64,000 nucleotides of DNA from an uncultured Poribacteria bacterium (GTDB lineage: Bacteria > Poribacteria > WGA-4E > WGA-3G): the NCBI GenBank assembly GCA_951813565.1, contig OX638351.1:1216001-1280000 (forward strand), given 5' to 3'. The notes under the pieces were generated by a model. That model was given only the letters and a program-made list of their open reading frames with translations. It did not search any database and was not told where the DNA came from. Below are positions 53,279 through 62,371 of the stretch, in pieces. A program made the translations under genes and the position numbers. Position 1 is the first letter of the stretch. Each line of letters opens with the position of its first letter.

Positions 53279-54307
53279 TTATTGCGTCATACGTTCAGCT
53301 TGTTTCAACCGACCCCAGAGGGTCGTCTGGGTGTCCACAGTCGGAGAAACTGAGAAAAAACTTTCGGGAACCCATGCGGGAAAATAATGTTGCCCAGTAT
53401 TTTGTGTGATTTGCCGTGACTCGCCCCCTTCGACAGAAACGATAAAAATGTGTCTCTCTCCAATCCGGTTTTGGAAAGGATTCGCACCTCCATCTGGATT
53501 CAGGTTTTGGAAAGGATTCGCACCTCCATCGAAGGCATCGTAGACAATCCACTTACCATCAGGAGACCACGCAGGATGGTCGCTCCAAGTCCCAAGAGGT
53601 GACACGCGGCGGGCGTTTTGTCCATCTGTATCCATGATGTAGATACCACGCCCATCACTATCGACAGCACAAGCAATCTGTTTCCCATCAGGCGACCACG
53701 CAGGCGAAGTAAGAGTAAGTCCGCCCGGGTTTTTAATCTGTATGAGATTTTTTCCATCCGCGTCCATCACATAGACTCCGAAGCCATTATTCCTAATAGA
53801 TTGGAAAGCAATTGATTGCCCATCTGGAGACCAGGCTGGGCTACGGTTATCTTTTCCTTGGTTAGTCAGTCTTTGTAGATTCTTGCCGTTGATATCTATT
53901 TTGTATATATGACTTTCCCATGCTCTCGTGGATACAAAAGCGATCCAATTTCCATCAGGTGACCAGGCTGGATCACCAGAACTGCCCTCCTGTTGGTTTG
54001 TCAACCGACGCGCCTGAGCTACATTGAATGTCTTAATATAGATTTCGGAATTTCCATCACGGTTCGACCCAAAAGCAAAAGAACGCCCATCCGGTGCCCA
54101 CGCTGCACAACAGCTTGATGCGGGATGTTTTGTTAGGTTGCGTAGATTTTTGCCGTTTGTATCAATGATGTCGATGGCGATGTAGACGCCAGTTTCCCCT
54201 ACCTTGAGAGAATTGAAAGAAATATACGGAGCTCCCCAAGCGTTTACGGTAAGTATAAAAGAACTGAACAGTAACGTCATTCCAAACAATATATAGGTGC
54301 GTTTCAT
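53279..54307 (-). CDS. TolB-like PD40 beta-propeller, copy D
   Basis: Same architecture as copy A; 36-bp internal duplication. Confidence 0.9.
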   Translation of the reverse strand: MKRTYILFGMTLLFSSFILTVNAWGAPYISFNSLKVGETGVYIAIDIIDTNGKNLRNLTKHPASSCCAAWAPDGRSFAFGSNRDGNSEIYIKTFNVAQARRLTNQQEGSSGDPAWSPDGNWIAFVSTRAWESHIYKIDINGKNLQRLTNQGKDNRSPAWSPDGQSIAFQSIRNNGFGVYVMDADGKNLIQIKNPGGLTLTSPAWSPDGKQIACAVDSDGRGIYIMDTDGQNARRVSPLGTWSDHPAWSPDGKWIVYDAFDGGANPFQNLNPDGGANPFQNRIGERHIFIVSVEGGESRQITQNTGQHYFPAWVPESFFSVSPTVDTQTTLWGRLKQAERMTQ

Positions 54308-54611
54308 TTGTTTATCTCCCGGATAATCCCTTAGGCTTGGATACTTGAAGTTACTTATAAATCCTTTCGGGTGGGTTGTGTGCACCCGAATTTCGCTTTT
54401 CAAGATACCAGTGGGTAAAATAGGTGGTAATGTTAAATGCACTTCATATCCATTTCGATCTTTTAATGGTTTTACCTGAGCAGTGCCAACATCAGCTTCA
54501 ACCTTTGTAATATGAAAGACTGTGCCGCTCATGTTGTTAAGTACCACCAACATAGCTAACAACTTTTTTACATGATCATGGTATTTTCTACATGGTGAAC
54601 CGTGATTATCT

Positions 54612-55595
54612 TTATTGCGTCATACGTTCAGCTTGTTTCAACCGACCCCAGAGGGTCGTCTGGGTGTCCACAGTCGGAGAAACGGAGAAAAAACTTTCGG
54701 GAACCCATGCGGGAAAATAATGTTGTCCAGGATGTTGTGTGATTTGCCGTGGCTCGCCCCCCTCGACAGAAACGATAAAAATGTGTCGCTCCGCATTCGG
54801 GTTGTCCGGAGGATTCGCAATTGGTTCATCGTAGGCATCGTAGGCAATCCACTTACCATCAGGCGACCACGCAGGATTGCGGCTCCAAGTCCCAAGAGAT
54901 GACAAGCGGCGGGCGTTTTGTCCATCTGTATCCACGATGTAGATATCATCCCCATTATTACCGACAACACAAGCAATCTGTTTTCCATCAGGCGACCAAG
55001 CAGGAGCCTTAGGACGCCCGCCTATATGGAACGGGTCAATAAGCTGTCTGGGATGTTTTCCATCTGCGTCCATCACATAGAGACCGGAGGGGACCCCAAA
55101 CACATCGAAAGCAATTGATTGCCCATCTGGAGACCAGTCTGGTTCAAAGTTGTATTTTCCTTGGTTAGTAAGCCTTTGTAGATTCTCGCCATTGATATCT
55201 ATTTTGTAGATATGATGGTCCCCTGTTCTATTGGATACAAAAGCGATCCAATTTCCATCAGGTGACCAAGCAGGGTAAGAATCAAACTCCGGTTGGTTTG
55301 TCAACCGACGCACATTAGCTACATTGAATGTCTTAATATAGATTCCGAAAGGTGCATCACGGTCCGACACAAAAGCAAAAGAACGCCCATCTGGTGCCCA
55401 CGTTGCGCTCCAGTCATCTGCCGGGTGGTTTGTTAGGTTGCGTAGATTCTTGCCGTTTGTATCAATGATGTAGATGTCACTTTGCCCTGTACGGTTAGAA
55501 TAGAAGGAAATATACGGAGCTCCCCAAGCGTTTACGGCAAGCAGAAAAAGACTGAACAGGAATGTCATCCCAAACAACATATAGGTGCGTTTCAT
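54612..55595 (-). CDS. TolB-like PD40 beta-propeller, copy E
   Basis: Same architecture as copy A; SD AGGAGG. Confidence 0.9.
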   Translation of the reverse strand: MKRTYMLFGMTFLFSLFLLAVNAWGAPYISFYSNRTGQSDIYIIDTNGKNLRNLTNHPADDWSATWAPDGRSFAFVSDRDAPFGIYIKTFNVANVRRLTNQPEFDSYPAWSPDGNWIAFVSNRTGDHHIYKIDINGENLQRLTNQGKYNFEPDWSPDGQSIAFDVFGVPSGLYVMDADGKHPRQLIDPFHIGGRPKAPAWSPDGKQIACVVGNNGDDIYIVDTDGQNARRLSSLGTWSRNPAWSPDGKWIAYDAYDEPIANPPDNPNAERHIFIVSVEGGEPRQITQHPGQHYFPAWVPESFFSVSPTVDTQTTLWGRLKQAERMTQ

Positions 55596-55725
55596 TTTTT
55601 TACCTCCTGGAAACTCACTATCAAGAATAGCGAGTTGTTAATAGTTTGACGTGCGAATTAAACACAATACAGCAGTTATTACAAATTTCGGAGGACGGAG
55701 GCAAATTTAAAGACTGTCAGTTGTG

Positions 55726-55763
55726 AATGATATGTAACTTCTAAAATTATTTATCAAACTCAC
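55726..55763. mobile_element. IS982 right-end remnant (another lone end at 44788)
   Basis: AATGATATGTAACTTCTAAAATTATTTATCAAACTCAC closely matches 53166-53201. Confidence 0.75.
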
Positions 55764-55776
55764 CTTCTTTATAATT

Positions 55777-55806
55777 TAGACGCGATTTTGAATTGGAAGG
55801 TTTCAC
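55777..55806 (-). promoter_or_regulatory. ECF-type promoter (AAC-N17-CGT); related copies at 42478-42506, 58760-58789, 59900-59928, 63856-63885
   Basis: GTGAAAC-cttccaattcaaaatcg-CGTCTA. Confidence 0.6.
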
Positions 55807-55820
55807 TTTAAGAAAAATAA

Positions 55821-56125
55821 TAGACATTATAATGATTTAATCTGCGTTGTGTTGTCAGAATCGCGGATTATCGCAGATTTATCGGATGACGCGGATTTTA
55901 AGAACTTGGTATCCGCACATTCAACGGACGCATGCACGCCTTCTGTTATTGACCGGACATTATGAAAACGACTTGTTGTTACCAGTATCCAATAATCCGT
56001 GCCATCTGCGTCATCCGATAAATCCGAGATTCAGAAAGTTGCGCGCGATGCCTCATCTACCCAACGGACAAACATAAGATTTTTCCGTAGACCAATAACT
56101 CACAATTAAAACGTTATAATGTCTA
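55821..56125. mobile_element. MITE-like element with internal inverted repeats
   Basis: TAGACATTATAA ... TTATAATGTCTA termini. Confidence 0.55.
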
Positions 56126-56532
56126 ATGTGTTTTTTGAGAGAAACAGGTAATTATAGTGAACCCATAATTATTTCAGGGGTGTGCATAAATAATTCCGAT
56201 GTTAAATATGCGCTTAAAGGTAATAGGCACACGCCGTGGGTTTCCGTCCACAAGTTCAAAGAGGCGCAATGAATTGCGCGACTACAAACTTACGTATTCT
56301 TGAGATGACGCGACGACAAACGGATCACTGCTAATTTGAACTAAAATCGGGCGGACAAGGTTTCCCTCCCATAAGAAAGGTTCGCGACAATTGAATGGCT
56401 CTGATATGGATAATTAATATCAAGGTTGATAAGTTGGAGAGGAAGGTTTTAGTTTGCTTGGAAAAGGTAAAAAAGAAAAGACGCGCTGTGAAGCACTCCA
56501 TAGATTGGTAAGTGATTAAATTTATTTGTCAG

Positions 56533-57414
56533 TTACTCATTCTTGGATCCTATGTTGTCTTTTTCAAGTATTGCCATTCGCGTCCAACCAAAGTGTGAGT
56601 TTTCTGATTCAACAGCGATCCATTTGCCATTCTTATCATGTTGATTTGGAGAGGACATAATTGCGTAATCTTGTTTTTCTTCTATTTCCACTTGTAAGTT
56701 GCCTTTTACACCAAAAATCCTAAGTAGTGCAGGCACGTCGCTTGAAAAGTTGCCATCAAGCTTTATCCAGTTGGTATATTTGAGAGGTTCTCCATTGTCC
56801 CACCGCCATTTTCCTTCTTTTTGAACATCAGTCAACCCAATCCAGTATGGTCCAGTTCCAAAAACGGCTTCAAGCCATATCTGCTCTGCCTCGCTTGTGA
56901 TTGTAACGAGATATGCATCTTCACGAGCGGCTTGAATTTGTGCATCTATTCTGGTATTACACTTGATCCACTTGTAAGCGTGTCCATTTGCAGGATTGAT
57001 TATCCACATACCGGGAAAGTTTGGCAGATACAGTGGTGGCACCTCTTCTGTTTCTCCGTTTTCATCAGGCAAATCATCAAGTTGGTCAGGATTACCGTTG
57101 AGCGTTAAAACTATAATTTCGGGCGGTTGTTTGCCTTCAAGAAAAAATGGTTTTGTTATAGTAGAAAGCCCACGATAATTTACGGAGAGCGCAAAGACTC
57201 CTGGGAGAAAAACAGTCCGATCAAAATATCCATCGTCGTCCGTTTGAATCGATATAGGGCGACTAAAAGGATATTCACTGGTTCCATCTAAATTGAGCTG
57301 CCCAATGTTAATTGCAAGGGCAGTTTCGGACAGTGGTTCTCCGTTTTCAAAAACGATTCTACCCCGAATATTTAGCGGGCTTTCCATGACGACTTTGAGA
57401 CGGACATTTTCTAT
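56533..57414 (-). pseudogene. 5'-truncated gene: carboxypeptidase-regulatory-like domain plus C-type lectin domain
   Basis: NGHAYK, LVTITSEAEQ, YWIGLTD..EGKWRW, YTNW; frame stays open (IENVRLKVVM) up to the IS701 end. Confidence 0.75.
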
Positions 57415-58748
57415 CAGGACTTACGCATTTTTATAAAATGGTGTATACTATTCTCAGGACTTACGCAGTCTTGAAGATTATTGAAGGATTTGAGAGTTGA
57501 TGTCGTAAATAATCGTCCAATAAGCTATCTTTAAGCTCATAAATTGTTCTACCAACTGCACGGGCAGTGCGTGTCAAACAGACCCATACTTGAAAACAAC
57601 ACGCAATATGATTTCTTTGCGCACGCAACTTGCGACATTGACATTTACCAATACCAGTGACTTGTTTGATCTCACGATGAAATTGCTCAATCTTCCAACG
57701 CACTTTACATTCTTGGATTGTGGCATCCGCATCTGATTGAGATAAATCGTTTGTAGCGATATATACCGTGTGTCCGTTAGAGGACGCTATCCGGAACAAC
57801 TTCACTTGATGTCCATTTGGAAACTTATTGATGTGCACGCGTTTTCCTTGTCGTATTTCTGTTTGGGTCCAACATAAATCTTGGACTTGTTGGTGTTGTT
57901 CAACACCATCCGTATCATTGACAAGACGATTACGCTTGAGAGGCACATAGTAAATCTTGGAAAGTTTTTCAATCGCTTTGATGACTTTCATTGACGCATA
58001 CCAAGCATCCATGAGCACAGTCCGAAACGGGAGTTGTTTTTTCAAGTAGACATTGTGCAACATTTCCAGTAAATGGTCTATTTTGGTTTTACCATCATGA
58101 TCTTTGTCAAAAATACGATAATCAATGATCCAATATTCTTGCGTCTTTGGATTGACATAAAGACACGTGACAATACCGATGCCTACAACGACTTTTTTGT
58201 CGCTACCACTCCATTGAGAACGAAGGGCTTCAATCTCTTTGGCATGGAGTTTAGGAAGCACAAAATCATCAAAAACTATGTATCCTTCATCATCATACTC
58301 AATGTCATCCTTTACGGATTGCCAGAGTTCGTTGGAAGGAATGTTTTCATTTCTCAAAAAACGATTGAGTTGATCGTGGCTCCATTTCTCTATATGATCA
58401 GCAAAGTAGGTTTGTGTCCAATTCGTGACACTTGCTATCAAAAACTGACAATAATCGGAAAATAGGTTTTCCTTCTTTTGAGAGTGGGAAAATGTAATCA
58501 TAATAGAATAGTAGGACTTACGCAATTTTCACAGTTTTCCCAGTGATTATGAATCAAATAATGTAATTTTCAGCAGAATTCTAAGTTCTCAGCGCGTTTA
58601 CATGAAGATTAACTTATTCTTTCGGTAATTTTCTGTCCGCATGAAGCAGATGTGCCCGCTGCTGGCGAGGTTTCCTAACCTCGCTAAATTACCGATTTAT
58701 TTTCTTAAACTTCATCAAAACGCGCCTACCGTTTGTGCGTAAGTCCTG
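57415..58748. mobile_element. Rearranged IS701-family element plus adjacent MITE
   Basis: IR (C/T)AGGACTTACGCA at 57415, 57455, 58512 and inverted at 58736-58748. Confidence 0.8.
57461..58501 (-). CDS. IS701-family transposase
   Basis: YCQFL, SHDQLNRFL, VFDD, MDAWY, RWKIEQFHRE; stop lies within the IR. Confidence 0.9.
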   Translation of the reverse strand: MITFSHSQKKENLFSDYCQFLIASVTNWTQTYFADHIEKWSHDQLNRFLRNENIPSNELWQSVKDDIEYDDEGYIVFDDFVLPKLHAKEIEALRSQWSGSDKKVVVGIGIVTCLYVNPKTQEYWIIDYRIFDKDHDGKTKIDHLLEMLHNVYLKKQLPFRTVLMDAWYASMKVIKAIEKLSKIYYVPLKRNRLVNDTDGVEQHQQVQDLCWTQTEIRQGKRVHINKFPNGHQVKLFRIASSNGHTVYIATNDLSQSDADATIQECKVRWKIEQFHREIKQVTGIGKCQCRKLRAQRNHIACCFQVWVCLTRTARAVGRTIYELKDSLLDDYLRHQLSNPSIIFKTA

Positions 58749-58836
58749 CTTTTAATTTATAGACGCGATTTTGTGTTGGAAGGTTGCACTTTGCAAAAAA
58801 TAATGTGTTTTTTGTGGGAAATAAGTGATTATTCTA

Positions 58837-59024
58837 ACGTGAATTTGATAAATAGTTAGAACTTCCACATTTCCTCTTAAAGTCCCTCTGATAAGGGGAT
58901 TTAGGGGGCGGGCCCCATAGCGATAGCGTATGGGGAGATAAAACACCAAAATAACGATTTTTTCAGCAAATATGCCCGTTCTCTGTTCAATTTTTGCCTG
59001 TCCAGTTAATTATCAAACTCACGT
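58837..59024. mobile_element. IS982-derived MITE
   Basis: IS982 TIRs; 7-bp TSD TATTCTA. Confidence 0.88.
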
Positions 59025-59330
59025 TATTCTAAGAAATGGCGAAAAGATGATTTATCCTTCTTTGGGAAGGCATACTTTAGAGGATAGCATAGGGTTGGAT
59101 AACAGTCAATTTAAAACAACAGTTTAGGGCTATTTAGTTTTAGGATTTTTATACATTTTTGTCGGGAAGTAGTGAGCTGGAGCTCGCTCCTACAAGAAGA
59201 GGCACATGGAATAATAAGCGAAAATATGAAGAACTAATGACACTGACAACAGTTAATGAATGTAGTAGGTGATGGCAATTTGTAATTTGGAACATTTTTT
59301 TCAAGTGCTTGGAAAGAGGGTAAGAATAAG

Positions 59331-59360
59331 AAAAAGGCACGCGTGGGTGTCGTGCCTAAG
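59331..59360 (-). terminator. Intrinsic terminator (paralogous one at about 62990-63018)
   Basis: AGGCACG-loop-CGTGCCT followed by a T-run on the minus strand. Confidence 0.65.
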
Positions 59361-59433
59361 GCAGGTTAAATTAATTCCGCATTATAGTCAGTAGCAGCTT
59401 ATGTAATAGCGTGCTACTGTTCGATTTTTCGCT

Positions 59434-59721
59434 TTATGTATGCTGCTGTGCGCTACTGAAATTAGATATAGTTTCAGAGTCATCACTATTTTTATCAGGT
59501 GTGTCTGGTTGTTCTGTGTCTGTGAGATCTATTTGCGGTATTTCTACTTTTTCTGTTTCTGAAGGCTTTTCCATGTGCTGTATTTCCACTCTGGGGTCAG
59601 TATCCACTGGTTGGAGGTAAGCCATTTGGTTTTGGAACCACAAATAGCATCCAAGTGTGAAAATTAGTATGAAACAGGTTCCACCGAGAATACAATTTTC
59701 TATGGTAAATTCTTTTAACAT
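59434..59721 (-). CDS. Small single-TM protein, paralog of the 63133 gene
   Basis: ILGG..IFTLGCYLWFQN.MAYLQP shared. Confidence 0.7.
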   Translation of the reverse strand: MLKEFTIENCILGGTCFILIFTLGCYLWFQNQMAYLQPVDTDPRVEIQHMEKPSETEKVEIPQIDLTDTEQPDTPDKNSDDSETISNFSSAQQHT

Positions 59722-60172
59722 CTTTTTCTCCTCTTCAATTCATATCTTCAGGCGGTATCCACTGGGTTTTTATGCTTTGTTTTAGTTATCTCAGTTAATC
59801 ATTAGACAAATGAGGAAACATTGTGTTCACGAAAACTGAGTTTCCCGATATTTGGATTTTTCAGTCAATTCCTCTCCCATTTGAACCTTCTGTAATTAAA
59901 GACGCATTTGCGAGGAAAAAGATTGCACTTTTTCATAAAAAAATGCATTTTTTCAGTAAAAAGCTGATTTTTGTGTGATTTTTTCAAGAAATGTGTGTAA
60001 AATCAGGTTTTGAAACAAGTGGGAAAGTAAGTTTCTGTTGAATAAAAAAACACGAATGAAAGCTCGCCTAAATCATAGTGTTGTTTTGATTAGATTCTGT
60101 CATGTGAAGGTCGCGAGCTGGAGCTCGCTCCTACAAGAAGAGGATTTTGTGCGATTATAGGTAAATATCTCG

Positions 60173-62371
60173 TTAGAATGACTTATTTTCAACATCAGGG
60201 TCTAATTCCATAGCCTTTGCTATGTCTGCTTTTGCTTCTTTATGCTTGCTGAGTGCTTGCTTCGCTTGTCCTCGCTCGTAATAATAGAGTGCGTCACTGG
60301 GCTTAATCCGTATAGCCTCATCAAAATCCTCAATCGCGTCATCATAGTCTCCAAGAGCAGCCTTTGCAGCTGCCCGGGTGTGGTAGGCGGAAGCACTCGG
60401 TTTATCTGAATTAATCCGAATCGCCTCATCACTGTCAGTGACTGCTGCTTGAAAGAGAATTTTGGCTTCTTCTTTATTCCCGTCCTCAACTTCTAATTGT
60501 CCAAGTATATACTTTTCCCATCCTCTCCCATTATAGGCTGAAGCGTACTCTGGGTTTATTTTGATGGCTTCTGTTTGGTCGCCAATAGACGCTTTATAGT
60601 ATTCTCGCGCATCCGCTATATTCCCTTGATCCGCTTTAGATTTACCAAGATTGTACTTCGCGAAACCACGATTGTAGTAAGAAATAGCGTCCTCTGGGTC
60701 AAGTTTTATGGATTCAGTATAATCGTCAATCGCTCCTTGAAAGTACCCATCAGCACCAGCTACATCTCCATCATCTGCATTGGAAATACCAAGTCGTTGT
60801 TTTGCATACGCGCGTTGGAAGTAGGCAAAATTATCCTTAGAATCTAATTCAATAACTTTACCATAGTCTTCTATTGCGCCTTCATAGTCGCCAAGTTGGC
60901 GTTTCGCAAGACCACGATTAAAGTAACACCTTGTATACTCAGGGTCTAATGTGATTGCCTCAGTATAGTCTTTAATTGACTCTTGATAGTATTTACGAGC
61001 ACTTTTTTTATCACCTTTGTCCGCCTTAGATTTACCGAGGTCATACTTCGCACGCCCGCGACTGTTGTAAGCTTCGTCGTCTTGTGGGTTGGATTGTATG
61101 ACTTTGTTATAGTCCTCTATTGCGCCTTCATAGTCGCGATTGAAGCGTTTTGCATCTCCTCGATGTCCATAAACATTCAATAATGGGTTGGGTTCAGGAT
61201 TTAGGCTGATCATTTTGTCATAGTCTTCAATTGCCCCAGCATAGTCCTCCAATACAGCCCTCACATGTGCGCGAGTAAAATAGATTTCTGCTGCATTTGG
61301 GTTGAGTTTTAAGGCGATATCATAATCAGCAAGTGCCTCTTTGTGTTGTTCTGAATCAAATTTCGCAGCAAATTTAGCGGTCGCTCTGATGACATAGGCC
61401 TGAACAAAATCAGGATTAAGTTTGAGAGCAGCATCACAGTCAGCAATTGCCTCATTGTATTGATCTAATGATAGGTTCGCGGAAGCTCGGTTGATATATG
61501 CCTCTACAAAATTGGCGTTAAGTTTGATGGCGGAATCACAGTCGATAATTGCATCTTCTGCTTCACCCATCAAAATCTTTAAACCTGCACGATTGGCGTA
61601 TATCTCCACTGCATTTGGATTAAGTTCAATTGCAGCATCAAGGCACTTTAGTGCGTCCAGGTTTTTACCTTGCCTCATATTCATCTGGGCTTGCACAACT
61701 TGGGTAAAACCTTGTATATGTGGGAGTTTTTGCCATTCATCCAATGGCATCATTTCTTCCGCGTTCGCAAGTAAAAACTGTAAGGCGTTTACGGGAATCG
61801 CGTGGCTAATAGACAAAGTTGTTCCACCAATAAATGTCAATATGCTTGAGGCAGCACCAACAGCAACCCCTATAACCTCACCCATGCTGTTTAGCACAGC
61901 ACCACCACTATATCCGGAAGCTAAATCCTCTTTAATTTGTATGCGTTTATCGCTACTTCTAATGCCTCGCATAGTGATTTGTGTAGCTACACCTTTTTCT
62001 CCTCCGGGGTAGCCTACCGCACATAAAATATCGCCAATCTGAACCGTATCACTATCACCAAAGGGCAGCGGTGTTCCTTCACCAGCAACTTTAAAAATAA
62101 CAAGGTCGTTTTCGGTATCAAACGCCACTACACCTTCAACAGGGAATTCAGTATTTGTCCCAACGAGTTCCGCAAAAAAGGAAGGTGCTCCTGCAACACA
62201 ATGAATATTTGTCACGACAAGGTTTGGACCGACAAAAAACCCGCTACCCCGTATCCAGATAAGGTGTTTACCGGATTCTTCGTCAGTTTTTTGCCATACT
62301 ACACGGACAACAGAATTTGTTAGCGCGTTTTCTGCAATCTGCTGTAGTTTTTCATCTCTTTTTTCTTCCAT
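60173..62371 (-). CDS. Trypsin-like serine protease plus TPR repeats
   Basis: GSGFF, TNIHCV, DLVI, GYSGG triad; many TPRs; TTGACA-17-TATGCT promoter at 62486-62458. Confidence 0.9.
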   Translation of the reverse strand: MEEKRDEKLQQIAENALTNSVVRVVWQKTDEESGKHLIWIRGSGFFVGPNLVVTNIHCVAGAPSFFAELVGTNTEFPVEGVVAFDTENDLVIFKVAGEGTPLPFGDSDTVQIGDILCAVGYPGGEKGVATQITMRGIRSSDKRIQIKEDLASGYSGGAVLNSMGEVIGVAVGAASSILTFIGGTTLSISHAIPVNALQFLLANAEEMMPLDEWQKLPHIQGFTQVVQAQMNMRQGKNLDALKCLDAAIELNPNAVEIYANRAGLKILMGEAEDAIIDCDSAIKLNANFVEAYINRASANLSLDQYNEAIADCDAALKLNPDFVQAYVIRATAKFAAKFDSEQHKEALADYDIALKLNPNAAEIYFTRAHVRAVLEDYAGAIEDYDKMISLNPEPNPLLNVYGHRGDAKRFNRDYEGAIEDYNKVIQSNPQDDEAYNSRGRAKYDLGKSKADKGDKKSARKYYQESIKDYTEAITLDPEYTRCYFNRGLAKRQLGDYEGAIEDYGKVIELDSKDNFAYFQRAYAKQRLGISNADDGDVAGADGYFQGAIDDYTESIKLDPEDAISYYNRGFAKYNLGKSKADQGNIADAREYYKASIGDQTEAIKINPEYASAYNGRGWEKYILGQLEVEDGNKEEAKILFQAAVTDSDEAIRINSDKPSASAYHTRAAAKAALGDYDDAIEDFDEAIRIKPSDALYYYERGQAKQALSKHKEAKADIAKAMELDPDVENKSF

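Noticed and set aside
46247..55118. Recurrent antisense or alternative-frame ORFs (MRHTFSLFQP..., MENRLLV...)
   Set aside because: They recur only because the underlying propeller genes are duplicated.
46244..55595. Diversity-generating retroelement as the source of propeller variation
   Set aside because: No reverse transcriptase or template repeat in the window; the variation includes indels and non-adenine changes spread over the whole gene.
46244..55595. Calling the propellers tolB
   Set aside because: They lack the TolB N-terminal domain and tol-pal context.
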